Of a stretch of DNA of 61,373 bases, positions 36,420 to 45,369 are shown one piece after another. This DNA is from an uncultured virus (IMG/VR IMGVR_UViG_3300009128_001768). Its lineage: Duplodnaviria > Heunggongvirae > Uroviricota > Caudoviricetes. The stretch covers positions 62,001 to 123,373 of IMG/VR virus record IMGVR_UViG_3300009128_001768; one strand, given 5' to 3'. The number at the start of each line of letters is the position of its first letter. Position 1 is the first letter of the stretch. A model generated the notes under the pieces. That model ran no database searches. It saw only the letters and a program-made list of their open reading frames with translations, and had not been told where the DNA came from. The translations under genes and the position numbers were made by a program.

Positions 36420-37048
36420 TTGTAATTTCCCGCTATTATTTCTTCCATCAATTGGGTATTTACATCTCTAAAATTGCTGATCTCGTAAACAGTTGCGCCT
36501 GAGCCGCGAGCCGAGGCTAAACCTGTTACAGAGTCTTCGAATATTATGAAGTCCTCAATTGAGCCGCCTAATTGAAGCATCGCCCTAACATATGGTTCGG
36601 CGTGTGGCTTTGTGTTCTTTACATCATTATTCGTTATTAACACATCTAGGTACTTCATAAAACCAAGATTATTTAGTAGTGTAACTGTCGAAGCACGGTT
36701 CGCATTCGTTACTACCGCTATGTTTTTATTTTCTCGTCGTAAAAATTCAAACATTTCAATTTTGTCTTGATAGTCTTCAGAGTCTAACATACTCATCATT
36801 TTATTTGTGATTATTTTTTTTCTTTCGTATACAGCGTCTACTTTATTAAGAGTAAAGTACCCCTTTTGACAAAGCTTTATGAGCTTATCACGAGTAGTTA
36901 TAGTTGACTTAAGGACAGAAATATCTTCTTGAGTTGTTAGCTTTAAATTCAAGACCTCGTCAATTGCTGCTAGCGTTGCTTTAACTTGTAGCTCAGTGGT
37001 GTCTACAAGCACCCCGTCATTGTCAAAAATAAAAGACGTATATCCCAA
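36416..37048 (-). CDS. HAD-superfamily phosphatase (beta-PGM-like)
   Basis: FIFDNDGVLVD, VVTNA, KPHAEPY and IFEDS..G motifs. Likely TTG start at 37048, just after the upstream stop, with a GGAG SD. Confidence 0.85.
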   Translation of the reverse strand: MGYTSFIFDNDGVLVDTTELQVKATLAAIDEVLNLKLTTQEDISVLKSTITTRDKLIKLCQKGYFTLNKVDAVYERKKIITNKMMSMLDSEDYQDKIEMFEFLRRENKNIAVVTNANRASTVTLLNNLGFMKYLDVLITNNDVKNTKPHAEPYVRAMLQLGGSIEDFIIFEDSVTGLASARGSGATVYEISNFRDVNTQLMEEIIAGNYK

Positions 37049-37049
37049 A

Positions 37050-37763
37050 CTAGTGATGCTCCAAATAATATTGTAAGTCTTCTGGCGTTCCAAGTCCCCA
37101 CATCTTCTCGACGTATGACACTGTAACGTAGCCACCATTATTGATTAACTCATTGTATACTGGACAGACATAGAATTCGTTATTAGTCCTTATATCTTTT
37201 TCTATCATTTGACTTGCTGCTTGTACGTAATCAGAGCCTCTTGCCCAAAAATATGCTCCAGCAGTGGCTATATCGCTGATGGGCTTTTTTTCAGCTACTT
37301 CCGTTACTCGGCCTGTTTCGTCCGTCTTCGCGAAGCTCCATTTTGGGTTCGTACCGTTAAATACAAGAATACACCCATCAACGCCGGGTTGCGTTGCGTC
37401 TCTTAAGAATGCCATGTTGTCCCAATCGAATACATTGTCAGAATTAACAATCAGTAGCGAGTCATTATTAGCGATATAGTCTCTAGCCAAAAGTGTTGTA
37501 CACGCTGCTCCCTCTGTCATTCCGTCTACCAAGACTATTTTACACCCTGGAGCTATAGATTCCAAAAAACTTGCAAGACCATATTCGTGGTAATGCGAAG
37601 CCTGAACGACAAAAATATAAGTTGCATCATAACCGAGATTTTCAACAACAGTTTGTATCATTGGAGTACCATCAACGTCGATTAATGGCTTTGGTAGAAC
37701 GTAGCCCGCAGACATAAATCGACTGCCCGCGCCAGCCATTGGAACTAAGACATTCATTTTCAA
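37050..37763 (-). CDS. Sugar-phosphate nucleotidyltransferase-like protein (BcbE-like)
   Basis: 237 aa with VPMAGAGSRF...PKPLIDV, TEGAACT, EKKPIS, NNEFYVCP and LGTPEDL. Confidence 0.85.
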   Translation of the reverse strand: MKMNVLVPMAGAGSRFMSAGYVLPKPLIDVDGTPMIQTVVENLGYDATYIFVVQASHYHEYGLASFLESIAPGCKIVLVDGMTEGAACTTLLARDYIANNDSLLIVNSDNVFDWDNMAFLRDATQPGVDGCILVFNGTNPKWSFAKTDETGRVTEVAEKKPISDIATAGAYFWARGSDYVQAASQMIEKDIRTNNEFYVCPVYNELINNGGYVTVSYVEKMWGLGTPEDLQYYLEHH

Positions 37764-38686
37764 ACTCCCCTTACATTTGGATAGCTTTCCTTAAACCATT
37801 TGCATGTCAATTGTATACCCTTCCGCAGAGGCGTATACGAGGCAGATGGCCAACCAAGAGAAAGAAAGCGCTTATTAGAGCTTGGTTTCTTAAATTGACC
37901 GCTTGGCTTTGTAATATCCCAAACAATTTCTCCGTCGTATTCTAAACTTTCACAAATCATGCTCACTATGTTTTTGATGCTTACCTCGTTTGTCGTGCCT
38001 ATATTCACAGGAGCAGCCAAATCATAATTTTCTAATAAAAAAAGCAACGCAATTGCAATATCTCTTGAGTACGTAAATTCCCTTAATGGAGACCCATCGC
38101 CCCAAAGAACAGGTGGATTTCCCGTTTGCTTTGCTTCCCACACCTTTCTTATTATCGATGGTATGACATGCCCATTTTCTAAATCAAAATTATCATAAGG
38201 ACCGTACAGATTGTTTGGCACTGCGCAGATGAAGTTACATCCATATTGCTGACGAAGGGCCCTTGAGTGTACGTCCAGCATCCTCTTAGCGTACGCATAA
38301 CCAAAGTTGCTGGGGTGCGGCTCACCGTCATGAATCTGCTCTTCTGTTAGAGGATACACAACTGCATCAGGGTATACGCAAGTTGATAACAAAGAAACAA
38401 CCTTCCCTACTCCAAGCTTATGTGCAACCGACAAGACGTTTGTATTTATCCGAATATTATCAGAAAAAAAGTCCGCGACAAAATCAGAGTTGCCCTTTAC
38501 TCCGCCCACCCTGGCAGCAAGATGTATTATTGCTTCAGGACAGTGGTCCCTCACCATACATCGAGTATCATCAAGATATCTTAAGTCATAATCTTTCGAG
38601 CCAACAAATATAAGTTCATGCTCTGTCTCTATGCTTCGAAATCCAGCTCCGACCATCCCTGTTCCGCCTGTGATTACAACCCTCAT
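37760..38686 (-). CDS. fcl: GDP-L-fucose synthase
   Basis: 308 aa with TGGTGMVG, HLAARVGG, STCVYP, YAYAKR, PNNLYGPYDNF..HVIP and WGDGSPLREF. Confidence 0.9.
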   Translation of the reverse strand: MRVVITGGTGMVGAGFRSIETEHELIFVGSKDYDLRYLDDTRCMVRDHCPEAIIHLAARVGGVKGNSDFVADFFSDNIRINTNVLSVAHKLGVGKVVSLLSTCVYPDAVVYPLTEEQIHDGEPHPSNFGYAYAKRMLDVHSRALRQQYGCNFICAVPNNLYGPYDNFDLENGHVIPSIIRKVWEAKQTGNPPVLWGDGSPLREFTYSRDIAIALLFLLENYDLAAPVNIGTTNEVSIKNIVSMICESLEYDGEIVWDITKPSGQFKKPSSNKRFLSLGWPSASYTPLRKGIQLTCKWFKESYPNVRGV

Positions 38687-39342
38687 ATCTCCATAACCTC
38701 ATAATAGTGACCAATAAGAAATTTGTTTCCTTTGCTTAGCGAAGTTAAGCGATAATTTGAGTTATAGTCTTCTGGCATCATGATCCTAAAATCGAAACTC
38801 ACCCTGGTAACGCCAGTCTTGTTAGGGAGGTTTCCATGAGTGCACTGGTTTCCATTAAAGCGCACAATCTGACCAGGCATTAATTCAAGCTGATGAAAAT
38901 CCATCTTCCCCGGCTCGCTTTCCGCAATAGTTGTATTACTCTCGAACATAGGAGTTAATGCAAGTATAAAATTTGTCTCCCCAAGAGGGTGATTGTAGTC
39001 GCTATCCTTATGCCATCCGCCCACTGCTACGTTATTTGGGAGGTGTACCCGAAATGTAGGCCACTTTTGATATATGAGTTGGTCTTTCGCATTAGTAATG
39101 GGAGCTATAAATTCTCTAATAAATTTTTGATATAATTCAAGAAATTCTGGCCAGCCAGATCTCATTTTGTTATAAAACTTTTGATGGAATATGGTATCCG
39201 AATCTTTTCCCGGCTTATCAAAAAACTCATATTCGTCAATGTGCATTTCATGCAGATACTGTAAATTACCACAATCAAATAAACCAGATATGGCTTCGAC
39301 GAATTGATAATCGTCAACGCTGTAATCGTAATACTTTTCCAT
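38683..39342 (-). CDS. StrG-like / 2OG-Fe(II) dioxygenase-fold protein
   Basis: 219 aa with PTFRVHLP, WHKDSDYNHP (HxD) and HGNLPNKTGVTRVSFDFR (distal H, RxS). Confidence 0.7.
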   Translation of the reverse strand: MEKYYDYSVDDYQFVEAISGLFDCGNLQYLHEMHIDEYEFFDKPGKDSDTIFHQKFYNKMRSGWPEFLELYQKFIREFIAPITNAKDQLIYQKWPTFRVHLPNNVAVGGWHKDSDYNHPLGETNFILALTPMFESNTTIAESEPGKMDFHQLELMPGQIVRFNGNQCTHGNLPNKTGVTRVSFDFRIMMPEDYNSNYRLTSLSKGNKFLIGHYYEVMEI

Positions 39343-40132
39343 AATCCTCGATTCCTGCTTCGAGCTGATACTCTGGGGCCCAGCCCGGTAGCCACTTTTC
39401 TTTATCGCTGCAGGTGAAAAATTGATAGCCCTCTGGAATCGTGTGAGTGGAGTGATAAGAATATTCGATTTCTAGCAAATCAAGAATATCCTCAAATGCC
39501 CTTGATTGACCGCTACCAACATCGTAGTATGATCCTCTTAACGATTCGTAATTCTTGTAAGCATGAATGTTTGCAGACACAACATCTTTCACATACACAA
39601 AATCTCGAAGAGGTCGTTTTGGAAATAACTTGCACTCCAAATTTCCTTGGTGCCTTTTGTACATCTGATACACAATCGACGCCATCTTCCCCTTGCGTTC
39701 CTCCCCCGGGCCATACACATTAAAATAACGTAATGCGATGCCAGAATTACTCACCACATAATCTTCTGCGACGTACTTACTCCATCCATATAAGTTCGAT
39801 GGATAGTCTTCAGTCACTCCATAGCTTGCAGCAGAAGAAGAGTAAATCATTGGAACGCTATTGTTGACGCACCAATCCATTAGAAACTTTGTTGTCTCAT
39901 AATTTCGATGCATCATAAAATTAACGTTTTGTTCTAATGTGTCGGAACACGCGCCGACATGAAAAATGACAGCAGGAGACGCCTCTTCCAGAAAATGGTT
40001 CCACACGTCTTTCCATCTAGCGTCATCCAAATTGTCTTCAGACAAACAAAAAATTTGCGCTTCTTCTTTTAGGGTTGCGGCAAGATTCTTCCCAATAAAA
40101 CCGTCAGCTCCTGTGACTAATACACGTTGCAT
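39314..40132 (-). CDS. ADP-L-glycero-D-manno-heptose 6-epimerase-like (HldD/RfaD)
   Basis: 272 aa with TGADGFIG, HVGACSDT, YSSSAASYG, NLYGWSK and LRYFNVYGPGEERKGKMAS. Confidence 0.8.
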   Translation of the reverse strand: MQRVLVTGADGFIGKNLAATLKEEAQIFCLSEDNLDDARWKDVWNHFLEEASPAVIFHVGACSDTLEQNVNFMMHRNYETTKFLMDWCVNNSVPMIYSSSAASYGVTEDYPSNLYGWSKYVAEDYVVSNSGIALRYFNVYGPGEERKGKMASIVYQMYKRHQGNLECKLFPKRPLRDFVYVKDVVSANIHAYKNYESLRGSYYDVGSGQSRAFEDILDLLEIEYSYHSTHTIPEGYQFFTCSDKEKWLPGWAPEYQLEAGIEDYGKVLRLQR

Positions 40133-40866
40133 TGTATCGTTGAAACCCCCCTCTTTGTAACAATTTCAGAAGCGCACTTATTTGCAAATTTTATACTTTC
40201 TATTATATCAGAATTTTCTAAAAACTTTACCACAAGAGCCGCTAGAAAACTATCGCCCGCGCCCGATACATCTTTTACCTCAGCCTTGTTGACTGGATAG
40301 ACCACTTCCCTATATACACACCCTCTTGGGCCTTCAGTCCGAATAATTTTTTCGAACATTGTTTTATCAATATAGCTTTTCGAGCGCTGGTATTCTGTAT
40401 GATTGATCTTGATATATCTAGCATCATGAACCCACGTCCCTAAAATTTTCTTAGAATCAATAAATACGTTATTATGGTTTGAGCATATTATTTTTATATC
40501 TGCTTCAGTCAAGAAACCCTTATCATAGTCTGATATTACAATCAGGTCATAATCATATGATATCACGCTTAAGTCTATTCTTTCTATTTCGTCTACCGAA
40601 TCGGCCCTAAAGAACATGTGATTACTCTCTTCATGAACGTACCGTTTTTTAGTAATATCCCCCCAGTTATCGTTTGTAATAATATCGCTTGTCACACCCA
40701 AGGCGTGAATGTTTCGATGAACATTAGCAGCCATACCCGGGTTGTCAGTCCGATATTTTTCATTTAGAACAGGAACAGGAATATCTGGACATAAGCGGCT
40801 TGCATTACAATAGACAAAAATATCCTGACAACTTTCTCCTATGACCAATATCTTTTTCATTCTCAC
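40117..40866 (-). CDS. Heptose-7-phosphate kinase-like (HldA / RfaE domain I, PfkB family)
   Basis: 249 aa with RLCPDIPVPV, PGMAANV, ISDYDKG and DVSGAGDS. Confidence 0.85.
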   Translation of the reverse strand: MRMKKILVIGESCQDIFVYCNASRLCPDIPVPVLNEKYRTDNPGMAANVHRNIHALGVTSDIITNDNWGDITKKRYVHEESNHMFFRADSVDEIERIDLSVISYDYDLIVISDYDKGFLTEADIKIICSNHNNVFIDSKKILGTWVHDARYIKINHTEYQRSKSYIDKTMFEKIIRTEGPRGCVYREVVYPVNKAEVKDVSGAGDSFLAALVVKFLENSDIIESIKFANKCASEIVTKRGVSTIQCNVY

Positions 40867-40880
40867 GCTTAACTTAAATT

Positions 40881-41363
40881 TTAGAAAAAGGGAAGACCGT
40901 CTCTCTTAATGCAGATAATCGCTGGTTCAGCCATAAGATATGCGTCGATCATTGCTTTTTCAGTTTCCTGTTGATTTCTGGGGAAATACCCAATTGTATT
41001 TTTTAAAAGCCCAATCAGCCCCTCTGGGTTTAATGGGCGGTGTGTCGGTCCATGGGTCGGATAATCAGCTTGTCCTACCAGCATTACAGGTAACTTCTGC
41101 TCATCGATGTCTATTTTGATCTGCTCAAACGGTCTCTCAATAAGAAAGGGGGTAATAGAATAGACAACTGGACGTAAGCCCTCCAGAGCCATTCCTGCAA
41201 CCATACTGATCATTGATTGCTCACAGAGCCCAGCGTTCAAATATCGTTCTGGCCATCGATCTTTGAATTCCTCCATCTCTTGTTCAACATCTCCAGTCAC
41301 TAAAACAATGTTCTCATCTTTTTCAGCCAACTTCACAATTACTCTTCCAAAAGCACGTCTCAT
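40881..41363 (-). CDS. Transketolase, pyrimidine-binding domain only
   Basis: 160 aa with NAGLCEQSMISMVAGMA, ERPFEQIKID and HGPTH. It ends before the usual C-terminal domain. Confidence 0.8.
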   Translation of the reverse strand: MRRAFGRVIVKLAEKDENIVLVTGDVEQEMEEFKDRWPERYLNAGLCEQSMISMVAGMALEGLRPVVYSITPFLIERPFEQIKIDIDEQKLPVMLVGQADYPTHGPTHRPLNPEGLIGLLKNTIGYFPRNQQETEKAMIDAYLMAEPAIICIKRDGLPFF

Positions 41364-42100
41364 TCTTCACAATCCTCCAGCTCTTTCATCGCCTGTTCTT
41401 CATAATCAGGGGCCGGCCACTGAGCGTGCCAACATGGTTGGTTCTCCATATAGCTGACTCCTTTCCCCTTTATCGTATTAGCTATTATAAATCTGGGCTT
41501 ATCTTTTTCGTGTTCCTCTAGAGCAGCCAAGATTTCAGCATAAGAATGTCCATCAACTTGTGAAACATGCCATCCAAGAAGCGCTGTAACTTTTTCCATA
41601 TTCGGAATAGGCAAAATGTCTTTCGTATATCCAGATCCCTGTATCCCGTTCCAGTCAGCTATTATGACAAGATTGTCTAGCTTGTAATGCGCTGCTAGCA
41701 GCAACGATTCCCATGTCGTTCCCTCCTGACACTCTCCATCGCCTACAATCACGTATATTTTCCCGGGCTTGTTTTTCATTTTTCTAGCTAGCGCCATTCC
41801 TATCGCGGCTGGAAAACCATGCCCCTCACTACCGGTGGTATAATGAATTCCGTTCTTTTCGTCTAGTGTGGGGTGACCCTGTAACCTTGGATTGAATCCC
41901 CTCTCTCTCAATAAAACATAATAGGGCCAGCAAGCATGACCCTTACTTAAGATAAATTTGTCGTTGTCTGTTAACACATAATCGTATAAAGAAACCAACA
42001 ATTCAACAGCGGAAAAACAACCACCGTAATGATAGCCACCGTTTGCTTTGGATAGCTTTATGGTTTCGCGTCTTATCTGTTTTGATCTTTTGTTCAGCAT
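41360..42100 (-). CDS. Transketolase, N-terminal TPP-binding subunit
   Basis: 246 aa with FILSKGHA, LQGHP, TGSEGHG, the TPP motif GDGECQEG...WN and TIKGKG. Confidence 0.9.
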   Translation of the reverse strand: MLNKRSKQIRRETIKLSKANGGYHYGGCFSAVELLVSLYDYVLTDNDKFILSKGHACWPYYVLLRERGFNPRLQGHPTLDEKNGIHYTTGSEGHGFPAAIGMALARKMKNKPGKIYVIVGDGECQEGTTWESLLLAAHYKLDNLVIIADWNGIQGSGYTKDILPIPNMEKVTALLGWHVSQVDGHSYAEILAALEEHEKDKPRFIIANTIKGKGVSYMENQPCWHAQWPAPDYEEQAMKELEDCEE

Positions 42101-42109
42101 TCTTTCCCC

Positions 42110-42922
42110 TCAAGCTAATGGATAATAATCTTGAATTTCTTTTTTGTAAGGTTTATTTGGAAAATCTAATCCCGATATAGGAAAATTACACGTTGAAGCG
42201 CTGACATCTTTTACCAGCGCTTTTCTCACAAAACTTACTTCAATAAGCGGAGGAAAACAATGCCCATCGACGTTAATCTTTCCCAAAGAATTATTTGGGT
42301 GGATATGAAAAGCGTAAAAATTTTCATTAAGGGTCTTCATCACATCGTAATACATGTCAAACAATCCAACATTTATCTTCTGATAAACTGATCTATAAAA
42401 TGAATCAAAATAAGGAGTTAGCCCGTAGTCATCGTTGGGATTGGCAATAAATTTTTCATCAGTGTCCACAGCGATTAAATGAAATTCAACTAATAACTGA
42501 TCAATCTTTTTCAATTGCTTGCTACTAAGAGATGCTAGCGTTGCCCATTCATCCCACTCAATATCCATCTTAATAGTCAAACCACCGACCTCAGAATCAA
42601 TCATGTCTGACAATGCTAAAAATTGATCTGACTTTTTTGCGGCAATTCCTTTTTTAATAAAAGCAAAATTGGGGTGTTCTGCTGGTAGCCTATCGACTGT
42701 GTGGTCGAATAATTTCACAGCTGTGTGTGGGAACTTATCTACAAAATCCTGTTCAAACGTAATATTATCCTCTACGCCGAAAGCGTATAGTGTTCTGGTA
42801 TTTTCACAGATTTCATGAAGAGCAACATATCCACCGTCTGACTTGTTTCCGATTCTTATTTTTTGAAACCCGCAATCATAAATCTTAATTTCTTCTAAAA
42901 ATCTTTGAACGCTACCACTCAC
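42110..42922 (-). CDS. FkbM-like (Methyltransf_22-type) methyltransferase
   Basis: 270 aa with RIGNKSDGGY, AFGVEDNITFE, KMDIEWDEW, QLLVEFH and HIHPNN. Confidence 0.75.
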   Translation of the reverse strand: MSGSVQRFLEEIKIYDCGFQKIRIGNKSDGGYVALHEICENTRTLYAFGVEDNITFEQDFVDKFPHTAVKLFDHTVDRLPAEHPNFAFIKKGIAAKKSDQFLALSDMIDSEVGGLTIKMDIEWDEWATLASLSSKQLKKIDQLLVEFHLIAVDTDEKFIANPNDDYGLTPYFDSFYRSVYQKINVGLFDMYYDVMKTLNENFYAFHIHPNNSLGKINVDGHCFPPLIEVSFVRKALVKDVSASTCNFPISGLDFPNKPYKKEIQDYYPLA

Positions 42923-43935
42923 ATCTTCACCATAATTCGACCAGCAGTACCCGTTTGCAAAAGATCAAACGCTTCATTGACTTGCTCTAGCGTAAATGTA
43001 TGAGTAACAATTTTATCAACGTCTAGGAGACCTGCATCGTGCATCTTAACATACCGAGGTATATCTTCAGCTGGATTAGTTTTTCCACCCTGGCTAGCTT
43101 TAATAGATTTTCCAGAGCCACCAAAAAGAGTAACGCCATTAGGGATAGTTAGTTCTTCTTCTGGGGAGGGCTGTCCCACAAGAACAATTCTACCGTTTTT
43201 AGAAAGATGATGAACCATAGAGCCAATCACCCTTGAATTTCCTGTTGTGTCTATAATGACATCGACAGAAATAGCAGTCATATCATCTTTAAGCGGATTA
43301 ATAAAGGTTGATGCACCGACCTCGAGGGTTTTTATACGCTTATCTTCGGAAACGTCAACAGCGATAATTGGATAAGCGCTCTTTAGCTTTGCACCTTGTA
43401 TTAGGTTCAGCCCCACACCTCCGCATCCAACAACCAGTACACTTTCGCCCATTTTAAGATCTATTTCGTTGTCTATAATTCCAAGCGCTGTTGTCAATCC
43501 ACACCCAAGCAAAGCGCAAAAATTATCGGGAGTGTCTGGAGGAACAACAGTCAATCTGTTTTCAGAAACAATCGAGTATTCGCTTAACGTTGTTACCTTT
43601 CCGCTGCTTATTTTTTTTCCATTAAGGATGTATTCAGGGAATGGCGCTTCGATACCTGTACTGGGCCTCCAGTGCATCACCACCTTATCACCCGGGGAAA
43701 CTGTTGTCACACCGCTACCGATGCTCTCAACAATACCACAGCCCTCGTGTCCCATTAAGTGCGGTAGAAATTTTGCGTTACCCTTGTGTCCCCTTATTTC
43801 GTGCAACTGCGCGCCACATAACCCGCTTACTAATATCCTAACCAGCACTTGACCAACCTTCAAGGGGGTTAGTTCAACCTCTCTGATGGTCAGTGGAGAA
43901 TTAAGCTTTTCTAAAATTGCTGCTCTCATAATCAT
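42919..43935 (-). CDS. Zn-dependent medium-chain dehydrogenase/reductase
   Basis: 338 aa with GLCGAQ, GHEGCG, LLGCGLTT and GCGGVG. It lacks the four-Cys structural Zn lobe. Confidence 0.85.
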   Translation of the reverse strand: MIMRAAILEKLNSPLTIREVELTPLKVGQVLVRILVSGLCGAQLHEIRGHKGNAKFLPHLMGHEGCGIVESIGSGVTTVSPGDKVVMHWRPSTGIEAPFPEYILNGKKISSGKVTTLSEYSIVSENRLTVVPPDTPDNFCALLGCGLTTALGIIDNEIDLKMGESVLVVGCGGVGLNLIQGAKLKSAYPIIAVDVSEDKRIKTLEVGASTFINPLKDDMTAISVDVIIDTTGNSRVIGSMVHHLSKNGRIVLVGQPSPEEELTIPNGVTLFGGSGKSIKASQGGKTNPAEDIPRYVKMHDAGLLDVDKIVTHTFTLEQVNEAFDLLQTGTAGRIMVKM

Positions 43936-43939
43936 TTCC

Positions 43940-44593
43940 TTACTTTCCTGACAAAAATCGACGAATTATCGTTTCTGTCGGAAGAATTGTAGTTCTTTCT
44001 TTTAAGACAATATTAACAATCGTTTCTGCGACTTCGTCCGGGTCCATGAGGTCGTCATAATTGCTTCTGTTTTTGCACATGCCAGTTTTCATTGCTCCTG
44101 GATAAAAATCAAGAATCTTTATATCGGTTCCAATCGACTCGATTTGCAAAGACTCAGAAAACCCTCTTAGACCGTATTTGCTTGCGCAATACACCGTTTC
44201 GTTGGCAGACGGACCTCGCCCGGCAAGAGAATTAATATTGACTATTGTGCCTTTATTACGCTTTTTAAAAATCCTATATACACGTTGTATCATCAATATT
44301 TGAGACACTAAATTTGTGTTCAAAACATCCTTGATATCTGCTTCACTATATTCTAGAAAAGCGCGAGGGCTGTGGATAGCAGCATTGTTCACAAAAACCT
44401 CAATTTGGTTGGCCTCCACGAATGCTTCCAAATTATCACAAAAATTATCAGCGTTTATATCACCCGCTAACTGGTTTTTTCCGCTTAGAGGCTGTCGAGT
44501 ATGCCTAAAAACTTCACAATCATTTAAATCAAAATGATTCATGAGGTGTTTTCCAAGACCCCTGCTACAACCGGTAATCAAAACTCTGCGCAT
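43940..44593 (-). CDS. Short-chain dehydrogenase/reductase
   Basis: 217 aa with ITGCSRGLG, VNNAA, NINS, YCASK and PG. Confidence 0.9.
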   Translation of the reverse strand: MRRVLITGCSRGLGKHLMNHFDLNDCEVFRHTRQPLSGKNQLAGDINADNFCDNLEAFVEANQIEVFVNNAAIHSPRAFLEYSEADIKDVLNTNLVSQILMIQRVYRIFKKRNKGTIVNINSLAGRGPSANETVYCASKYGLRGFSESLQIESIGTDIKILDFYPGAMKTGMCKNRSNYDDLMDPDEVAETIVNIVLKERTTILPTETIIRRFLSGK

Positions 44594-44953
44594 TCAGTCA
44601 CCCTTTTCAATCCTAAGACTATCACTATCAAAATGTTGCGTAGAAAATTCAAAAAGCTCTGTGTCTTCTAAAGCTATCACTCTGTGGCGAAGACCCCTAT
44701 AGACATGAAAATTTTGGCCAGGGCCCAGAACAACTTCATCTGCTTCATTTATGTCATCACCCTCAGAGTACTTGACTAAAACTCGGCCCGACTGGACATA
44801 AAACACCTCGTCTTTTAACTCATGGTAATGCCAAGAACAACACTTCCCCCTAACGAAATACAGGAGCTTTCCGCAATACTCATCGCAATTAACAATCCAC
44901 TTCTCAAATCCCCACCCTTTCGGTACAAATTTGATCTCTAATGAAGTTGACAA
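44594..44953 (-). CDS. Cupin protein (mannose-6-phosphate/lyxose isomerase-like)
   Basis: 119 aa with PKGWGFE, the cupin metal motif SWHYHELKDEVFYV, and HRV...EFST. Confidence 0.75.
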   Translation of the reverse strand: MSTSLEIKFVPKGWGFEKWIVNCDEYCGKLLYFVRGKCCSWHYHELKDEVFYVQSGRVLVKYSEGDDINEADEVVLGPGQNFHVYRGLRHRVIALEDTELFEFSTQHFDSDSLRIEKGD

Positions 44954-44955
44954 CT

Positions 44956-45369
44956 CTAACCTCTCTCTAGAATTTTTGTTGTAGAATAACCACCGATAAA
45001 TTTGAATATCTTAACTTCACATACTTCACTCCCGGCGACTTCTTCTGGCGCGTAATCACCGCCCTTAACCATCACATCGGGTGAAATATTTTTTACCATC
45101 TCTAATGGCGTATCACCGTCAAAAATACGGACTTCGTCTACGTATCTACATGCCTCAAGCATGAATTTTCGATCGTCTTGAGAAAAAAAAGGTCGTCCAT
45201 TACCTTTCAACTTCTTCACGCTAGTATCACTATTTAACCCAACAATAACGTACCCCAAAGAGTTACAATAGCGTAGGAGCTCTATATGTCCCCTGTGCAA
45301 AATATCGAAACACCCATTTGTAAAAACAACCTTTCTTGAAATATGTCTGTCCAATTTATTACCTGGCAA
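44956..45369 (-). CDS. Heptose-1-phosphate adenylyltransferase-like (HldC / RfaE domain II)
   Basis: VFTNGCFDILHRGH, VGLNSDTSV..LKG..RP, KGGDY and YSTT. The true start may be TTG at 45354. Confidence 0.9.
   Translation of the reverse strand: MPGNKLDRHISRKVVFTNGCFDILHRGHIELLRYCNSLGYVIVGLNSDTSVKKLKGNGRPFFSQDDRKFMLEACRYVDEVRIFDGDTPLEMVKNISPDVMVKGGDYAPEEVAGSEVCEVKIFKFIGGYSTTKILERG

Noticed and set aside
37049..37138. N-terminal extension of the HAD ORF as given in the ORF track
   Set aside because: It overlaps the upstream gene by about 90 nt. A TTG at 37048 with a GGAG SD puts the DxD motif near the N-terminus, as expected for the family.
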